From an uncultured Acetobacteraceae bacterium (GTDB lineage Bacteria > Pseudomonadota > Alphaproteobacteria > Acetobacterales > Acetobacteraceae), in assembly GCA_964247735.1 (NCBI GenBank), contig CAXTVS010000054.1, positions 1 to 21,752 of the forward strand: DNA of 21,752 bases. Direction: 5' to 3'. The notes below the pieces were generated by a model. It had not been told where the DNA came from. It saw nothing but the letters and a program-made list of their open reading frames with translations, and made no database searches. The translations under genes were made by a program, and so were the position numbers. Shown in pieces: positions 17,663 through 21,752 of this stretch (its first letter is position 1; each line of letters opens with the position of its first letter).

Positions 17663-18730
17663 ATGGCTTCGACCGCGGCTGGATCCATCCGTGCCTTGAT
17701 ACATGGACCTCGGGCGCAGGGACCTTGGACGCAGGCGATCCGGCTTGCCTTCCGGGCGACGTTCGGCCTCGTGCTGGCGGCAGCCCTGGCATGGCCGTTC
17801 ACCAACATCACCGAGGTCCAGCCGGACAGCCGTGCGGTGGTGCTGCGCCTGGGACGGGTGGTGCGGGTGCAGGGGGCCGGCCTGCTGCTCGCCTGGCCGA
17901 GGCCGTTCGAGCGGATCGTGCTGCTACCTTCCGCAGAGCGCCAGATCGAGTTCTCGTTCGACCCGCTTCGGTCGCCAAGCGGCCCCGGGGGTACGTCGAC
18001 GGAGTGGGCGGTGCAGGCCGACCCGCGGCAGAACGCCGCGTTCTTCATGACGTCGGACGGGGTGGTCCACCTGACCGCGAGCGTGTTCTACCACATCGTC
18101 GATCCGGCCGAGTACGTGCTGGAGACCGGCCGCGTGCCGGCGGCCCTCAAGGCGCTCACCATGGCGAGCGTGGTCGCCCTCGCGGCGGCGCGCGACACCG
18201 ACACCCTGGTCGTTACCCGTGGCGGCACCGACCTGACGCAGGCCGACCGGATGCGGCGGGAGCGGCTGCGCATCGACCTGGCATCGGCAATCAACCGGCA
18301 GCTGGCCGAGCTGCGGCGGCTGGATGCCGGCCTCGGCGTCGAGATCAGCCGGGTCGACGTCGGCACCGCGCTGCCGAGCGGCGCCAAGGCCGCCTTCGAG
18401 GAGGTGCTGACTGCCGCTCAGCAGGCCGACTCACTAGTCGCCGAGGCGCACAGCGTGGCCATCCGGATCGAGCAGACCGCGCAGCAGAACCGGACTGCCC
18501 TGTTGGCCGAGGCCAGGGCCTCGGCCGACGGGCGCGTCGCCGCCGCCATCGCCCGCACCGCCTCGATCCGTACGCTGGCGCGTCCGGCCGGCGGCCTCGC
18601 CGGGCTCGCGCTGCTGACCGGCATCTACAACGACCGCATGCGCGCCATCCTGCACCAGGCTGGATCGGTGGACGTGTTCGACCCTCATAGCGGCACGTGG
18701 CTGGTGCTGCCTGGCCAGACGGCGCGCTGA
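17663..18730 (+). CDS. HflK/HflC-like SPFH (band-7) protein, third paralogue (SPFH-C).
   Basis: The ATG is 2 nt after the SPFH-B stop, so the genes are translationally coupled. There is a short N-terminal cytoplasmic segment and one TM (FGLVLAAALAWPF). The SPFH entry reads EVQPDSRAVVLRLGRVVRVQGAGLLLAWPRPFERIVLLP. A coiled-coil follows (EAHSVAIRIEQTAQQNRTALLAEARASADGRVAAAIA). The HflK/C-type C-terminus reads LLTGIYNDRMRAILHQAGSVDVFDP. Confidence 0.85.
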   Translation: MASTAAGSIRALIHGPRAQGPWTQAIRLAFRATFGLVLAAALAWPFTNITEVQPDSRAVVLRLGRVVRVQGAGLLLAWPRPFERIVLLPSAERQIEFSFDPLRSPSGPGGTSTEWAVQADPRQNAAFFMTSDGVVHLTASVFYHIVDPAEYVLETGRVPAALKALTMASVVALAAARDTDTLVVTRGGTDLTQADRMRRERLRIDLASAINRQLAELRRLDAGLGVEISRVDVGTALPSGAKAAFEEVLTAAQQADSLVAEAHSVAIRIEQTAQQNRTALLAEARASADGRVAAAIARTASIRTLARPAGGLAGLALLTGIYNDRMRAILHQAGSVDVFDPHSGTWLVLPGQTAR

Positions 18731-18792
18731 GCGGTTTCGCTGCGATGGACAGCGCCGGCGGCAATGGCCCGACCCTGGCGAGGACGCGCCGG

Positions 18793-18813
18793 GGCGGTCA
18801 TGCCGCCTCATTT
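18793..18813 (+). terminator. Candidate intrinsic terminator after the SPFH operon.
   Basis: GGCGG-tcatg-CCGCC is followed by TCATTTGGG, a GC stem with a short T-rich tail. It lies 63 nt after the SPFH-C stop. On the other strand it sits between the convergent alpha/beta-hydrolase gene end and the SPFH operon. Confidence 0.3.
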
Positions 18814-19110
18814 GGGCGTCTCGGCGCCCCGCGATCGGCCACCGGCAGCAGCACGTCCGCCTCAGGTCCTGGACGCGGTCGCGCGCGTCGCAGCCGATTT
18901 CCCGAACGACGTCCCGACCACGATGACGGCACAGGCGATCCTGCTGCGTACGGCGGCGGTGGGGCCAGCCTGTCCTCAGGTCGGCGAAGCCCTCTGCCGG
19001 TATCCGAAGCCTGCTTGCTTCGGCCTCCTGTCCGCAGGCGGGCCGGCCGCAGCCGGCCCGTGCGGAGATTACCGGGACGAGCCTCGCGAGCTCAAAAGCC
19101 CTCTTCCCGG

Positions 19111-20082
19111 TCAGGGTGCTCCCTCAGGCGAGGACGAAGACGCGGCACGGTTCTCCACCTCGCGCATGAACGCGTCGACGACGGTGTTGAACTCCTCGGC
19201 ACTTGCTTGCTGCACGAAATGGTTGGACGCCCGAACGACGACGTAGCGGCCGCCGGTCATCTCGGCGACGACGCTGCCGACCGTGTCGAAGGACGAGCTC
19301 CAGCCGCCGCTGATGACCAATACCGGAATGCCCGACCTGGCAATCGTTTCCGCCGCCTGCTGCAACATTGGCGGCGGCGCCATGCGCCCCTGCAGCAGCG
19401 CGCATCCGACCCGCGTCGCCTGCTCCGGATCGTTCTGGAAGGCGGTGGTGACGGCGTTGGGCCCGTCGCCCTCGGTGCCCATGCCGCGCGCGAAGGCCAG
19501 GCCGTATTCGCCCGGCGTGCGGACCTCCATCATCAGCTTCATGATCTGGGCGCCGGCCATCTTGATGGCGGGGTCGGTGGCGGCACGCGGATGCACCATC
19601 AGCAGAGGGTGCAGCGCCGGCTCGATGAGGGTGAGGGAACGCACCGCCTCCGGACGGCGGCCAGCCGCCAGGAGCGCTTCCGCACCACCCCAGGAATGAC
19701 CGATCAGGTGGGCGCTCCCCCCCAGCATGTCGGCGATCCAGACCGAGTCGGCCTCCATGTCGTCGACGCCCCGGGACACGCTCCGGCCGAAGCCCGGCCG
19801 GTCGACCACTGCCAGTTGCCAACCCTTCTCGGCCAGCGGCTTCTGCTTGTCGAAGGTTCTCGGCCCCCCGCCCAGGCCCCCCTGCACGCCGCCGTGCACG
19901 ACCAGCACCGTAGGTCCGGTCGTTCCCCAATAGTTGACGTGGATCGGATGCTTGGCCGCTTCTTCGGGCGAGAGCCTCGGCGGCGGTGACGGGCACTGGG
20001 CCAGAAGGGCTGCCCGTTGCCTCGCGATCGCGGCACCAGGGCCGGCCGCCTCCGGCGCAGCAGGACTGGACTGGGACATCAT
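19111..20082 (-). CDS. Alpha/beta-fold hydrolase (Ser nucleophile; esterase/peptidase-like), downstream of and co-directional with the TetR gene.
   Basis: The nucleophile elbow reads HLIGHSWGGAEAL (G-x-S-x-G). The oxyanion region reads VLVVHGG. The product is ~324 aa, the usual alpha/beta-hydrolase size. The start is set at ATGATG 20082/20079, 4-7 nt after AGGAAGGA. The ATG at 20097 in the table has no RBS and overlaps the tetR stop. Confidence 0.85.
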   Translation of the reverse strand: MMSQSSPAAPEAAGPGAAIARQRAALLAQCPSPPPRLSPEEAAKHPIHVNYWGTTGPTVLVVHGGVQGGLGGGPRTFDKQKPLAEKGWQLAVVDRPGFGRSVSRGVDDMEADSVWIADMLGGSAHLIGHSWGGAEALLAAGRRPEAVRSLTLIEPALHPLLMVHPRAATDPAIKMAGAQIMKLMMEVRTPGEYGLAFARGMGTEGDGPNAVTTAFQNDPEQATRVGCALLQGRMAPPPMLQQAAETIARSGIPVLVISGGWSSSFDTVGSVVAEMTGGRYVVVRASNHFVQQASAEEFNTVVDAFMREVENRAASSSSPEGAP

Positions 20083-20096
20083 ATGATCCTTCCTCA

Positions 20097-20738
20097 TCAG
20101 GTCTTATGCAAATTCGAGGGATCAGGCAGCCCCTCTGAGAGCTGCTCCAGGGCCTCGCGCAGGAGCGGCACTAGCGGCACCGGTGGATCGGCCTTGAGGA
20201 ACGCATCGATTGCTACCTGAATTGTACCGGTCACCGCTGCTGCCACCAGCCTGGGGTAAAGGTCTTTGTCGATGTCAGTACTGCTGCGTCGGGCGACTGC
20301 TGCAGCGAAAGGGTTGTCCTCAGCGAAGCCTGCCTTCAGAACCTCCGCACGGACGGATGACGCTGCGAACAAGGTGCGCAACTCAGCCGCAGAGGCAGGA
20401 TTGGGTGCCGTGTGGCCTCGGGCCGCGTGGCTCCAAGGCGACATGACCGCATTGATGATCGCATCCCATAGCAGCTCGTCCGCCGGCCTGGCGTGCAGGG
20501 CATTGGCGACGTGACGCATCCTGCCGACGAACTGCGCGGTCAGCGCCTCATATTTGTTGGAGAAGTAGTTGTTAAAGGTCCGCACGGAGACATCCGCCTC
20601 GGCTGCGATGTCTTCTATACGTAGTGCTTCAAGGCCATGCCTCAGCGTCAAACGCATGGCCGCGGCAGCCAGAGCATCCCGAGTTGCCTGCTTCTTCCGC
20701 TCGCGTAGGCCGCGTCCGGCCGCTGTCAAATCGATCAT
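20097..20738 (-). CDS. TetR/AcrR-family transcriptional regulator.
   Basis: The N-terminal HTH reads RERKKQATRDALAAAAMRLTLRHGLEALRIEDIAAEADVSVRTFNNYFSNKYEAL. The C-terminal domain is helical. The start is trimmed to ATG 20738 (MIDLTAAG...) so that the promoter and palindrome upstream remain non-coding. The 51-codon extension in the table is poorly coded. Confidence 0.85.
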   Translation of the reverse strand: MIDLTAAGRGLRERKKQATRDALAAAAMRLTLRHGLEALRIEDIAAEADVSVRTFNNYFSNKYEALTAQFVGRMRHVANALHARPADELLWDAIINAVMSPWSHAARGHTAPNPASAAELRTLFAASSVRAEVLKAGFAEDNPFAAAVARRSSTDIDKDLYPRLVAAAVTGTIQVAIDAFLKADPPVPLVPLLREALEQLSEGLPDPSNLHKT

Positions 20739-20757
20739 GTCGTCACGCACACAAACA

Positions 20758-20787
20758 TACATACCCGTACTTTGCGCGACGCGCAAA
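20758..20787 (-). promoter_or_regulatory. Predicted tetR promoter overlapped by a palindromic operator.
   Basis: On the minus strand the sequence reads TTTGCGCG-T-CGCGCAAA (plus-strand coordinates 20771-20787). This is a perfect 8-bp-arm inverted repeat with a 1-nt centre. The -35 TTGCGC lies inside the palindrome. After a 17-nt spacer comes the -10 TATGTA (plus-strand complement at 20758-20763), and 20 nt further on is ATG 20738. This is the classic TetR autoregulatory arrangement. Confidence 0.45.
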
Positions 20788-20929
20788 CTTGCGTATAGTG
20801 CATAGCGGTTGGAGAGGCTCATACCGACGGCGGCGGCTCCTGCCTGTGCCATAATCTTTGGCGGCTTCATCATGAGGCGTTGGTATGCCAACCGGTTGAT
20901 CGGCTAGCATCGCCTGGTTGGGCTAGACG

Positions 20930-21170
20930 CTATGGATGCCGTTCAACGTACGGCTCGCCCCGTCTGCAAGAGGTCTGCCGCGACCGGTGTAACTTGCCAA
21001 TTGCGGCGACCATGGCAGTGACGTTCAGCAGCTCGATGCTTGAAATCCGGATCAGTAGCCGAGCTGCCTCGTCCATGTGGGCCTGCCGTGCAAACTCCTT
21101 GTCAGAGGCCAGGATCCGCCGGTCCAGGTCGCGCCACTCGTGAGGCGCTTGGGTTTGGTGGTCCAGACCC
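20930..21170 (-). mobile_element. Degenerate IS110-family transposase C-terminal remnant.
   Basis: The minus-strand translation reads WRDLDRRILASDKEFARQAHMDEAARLLIRISSIELLNVTAMVAAIGKLHR. From memory this resembles the IS110/Transposase_20 motif (L..QI..LD.EI......D..RLL.SIPGIGP.TAA.L.AEIG...RF). It is decayed and ends in a premature stop. The IS3-like fragment abuts it directly. Confidence 0.4.
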
Positions 21171-21174
21171 AGCG

Positions 21175-21565
21175 TTAGCTTCCGCCGGCCGTCAGACCCT
21201 TCGTCGCCGCGAAAGGCCCATAGTGCAATAGATATTCCTGTGGCGTCCTATCGCCGAGAGCCATGTGAGGCCGGCTCTCGTTGCAGTCCCGGCGCCACGC
21301 CTCGACGATGACTCTGGCCTCGGCCAGCGTGGCGAACCAGTGCAGGTTCTAGATCGACGCATGCATCGATCGTTCCGCAGCGAGCCGTTGAACGTCTCGA
21401 CAAAGCGCGTTGTCGGTCGGCCTGCTCGGGCGGGAGAAGTCAATCCGCAACCCGTGGTGGTGAGCCTACAGGTCGAACAGCTGCCTTGTGAACTCCGCCC
21501 CGTTGTCGACGAATAGGTATTTGGGCGTGCCGCGCTGCCGCACGAGCCGGTTCAGCACCTCGACT
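21175..21565 (-). pseudogene. IS3-family (IS407-subgroup-like) transposase orfB (integrase core, C-terminal half). It is frameshifted and interrupted by a stop, so it is inactive.
   Basis: Stitching three minus-strand frames gives RGTPKYLFVDNGAEFTRQLFDL*. This is followed by LRIDFSRPSRPTDNA(F)VETFNGSLRNDRC, then NLHWFATLAEARVIVEAWRRDCNESRPHMALGDRTPQEYLLHYGPFAATKGL* (stop at 21175-21177). These match the SDNGPEF and DNAFVESFNG...RPHSALG motifs of IS3/IS407 OrfB. In-frame stops lie upstream of ~21565, so the N-terminal half and orfA of this copy are missing or disrupted. Confidence 0.7.
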
Positions 21566-21644
21566 GTCCGCCGTCAGGGCTCATGAGACAGATCTGAGGA
21601 GTTGAGGAAAGGAGGGTTTCTGGCTGATCACGTTCAGAGAGGAC

Positions 21645-21752
21645 ATGCAGATGAACCAGAAGTCGTCCACCTCGCCATCGCCGTCCGAGCGGCTGGGCAA
21701 GGACATCCGCCGGGCAACCGGAAGCACTACTCGGCCGAGGACAAGATCCGCA
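21645..21752 (+). CDS. Start of an IS3-family-like orfA (HTH transposase N-terminus). It is partial and continues beyond the window.
   Basis: A strong RBS (GGAAAGGAGGG at 21608-21618, and GAGAGGA at 21636-21642) precedes ATGCAGATGAAC. The straight frame reads MQMNQKSSTSPSPSERLGKDIRRA... The +1 frame reads ...GNRKHYSAEDKIR, which matches the R-x-YSAE-K-I orfA signature of IS3-family elements. A single-base indel, or my frame choice, is therefore unresolved. The opposite orientation relative to the orfB remnant implies a second, nested IS. Confidence 0.45.
   Translation, partial: MQMNQKSSTSPSPSERLGKDIRRATGSTTRPRTRSA

Noticed and set aside
18764-19246. A 160-aa plus-strand ORF with 4 Cys (..GPACPQVGEALCRYPKPACFG..GPCGDY..) downstream of the SPFH operon.
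   Set aside because: It would overlap the 3' end of the convergent alpha/beta-hydrolase gene by ~136 nt. GC3 is only ~75% and no RBS is present. It was kept in mind as a possible small Cys-rich protein but is not called.
20739-20891. The 51-codon N-terminal extension of the tetR ORF (MAYQRLMMKPPK...).
   Set aside because: It would bury the palindromic operator and promoter inside coding sequence. Its codon bias is poor. The TetR HTH begins right after Met-52.

Overview
This is a 21.75-kb window of high-GC DNA (roughly 68-70% GC; coding frames have GC3 above 85%). It looks like an accessory or island-like segment of an alphaproteobacterial-type genome, with insertion-sequence debris at both ends. 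Every call rests on reading the six-frame translations against motif and family knowledge from memory; no searches were run.

Layout, left to right:
- 1-748: a decayed IS5-family (IS427/IS1031-like) transposase. It is cut off by the window start and has several frameshifts.
- 776-2332 (-): a signal-peptide outer-membrane beta-barrel protein, possibly an OprB-like porin, with a long Ser/Pro/Gln-rich linker.
- 2778-8273: a GntR(FadR/FCD)-type regulator transcribed divergently from a tight four-gene putative aromatic-catabolic operon. The genes are an FAH-family hydrolase/hydratase, a two-domain VOC extradiol dioxygenase, an MhpA-like FAD aromatic hydroxylase and an amidohydrolase-2 (ACMSD-type) decarboxylase.
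- 8274-8845: a 570-bp unassigned spacer containing a dense cluster of perfect palindromes.
- 8846-11448: a ketone-body module, with an acetoacetyl-CoA thiolase followed by 3-oxoacid CoA-transferase subunits A and B.
- 11633-12865: an MFS transporter.
- 12990-14600: a Tat-signal-bearing metallo-amidohydrolase.
- 14731-18730: three tandem, translationally coupled HflK/HflC-like (SPFH/band-7) genes. This is the most unusual part of the window. The first has a roughly 280-aa polytopic N-terminal membrane extension, and the second has a cytoplasmic His-rich N-terminus (11 His in 18 residues).
- 19111-20738 (-): a TetR regulator followed by an alpha/beta hydrolase. An 8-bp-arm palindrome overlaps the predicted tetR promoter.
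- 20930-21752: nested IS fragments. An IS110-like remnant sits next to a frameshifted IS3/IS407-like orfB remnant, and an IS3-like orfA with a strong RBS starts on the plus strand and runs off the window end.

No rRNA, tRNA or CRISPR was recognised.
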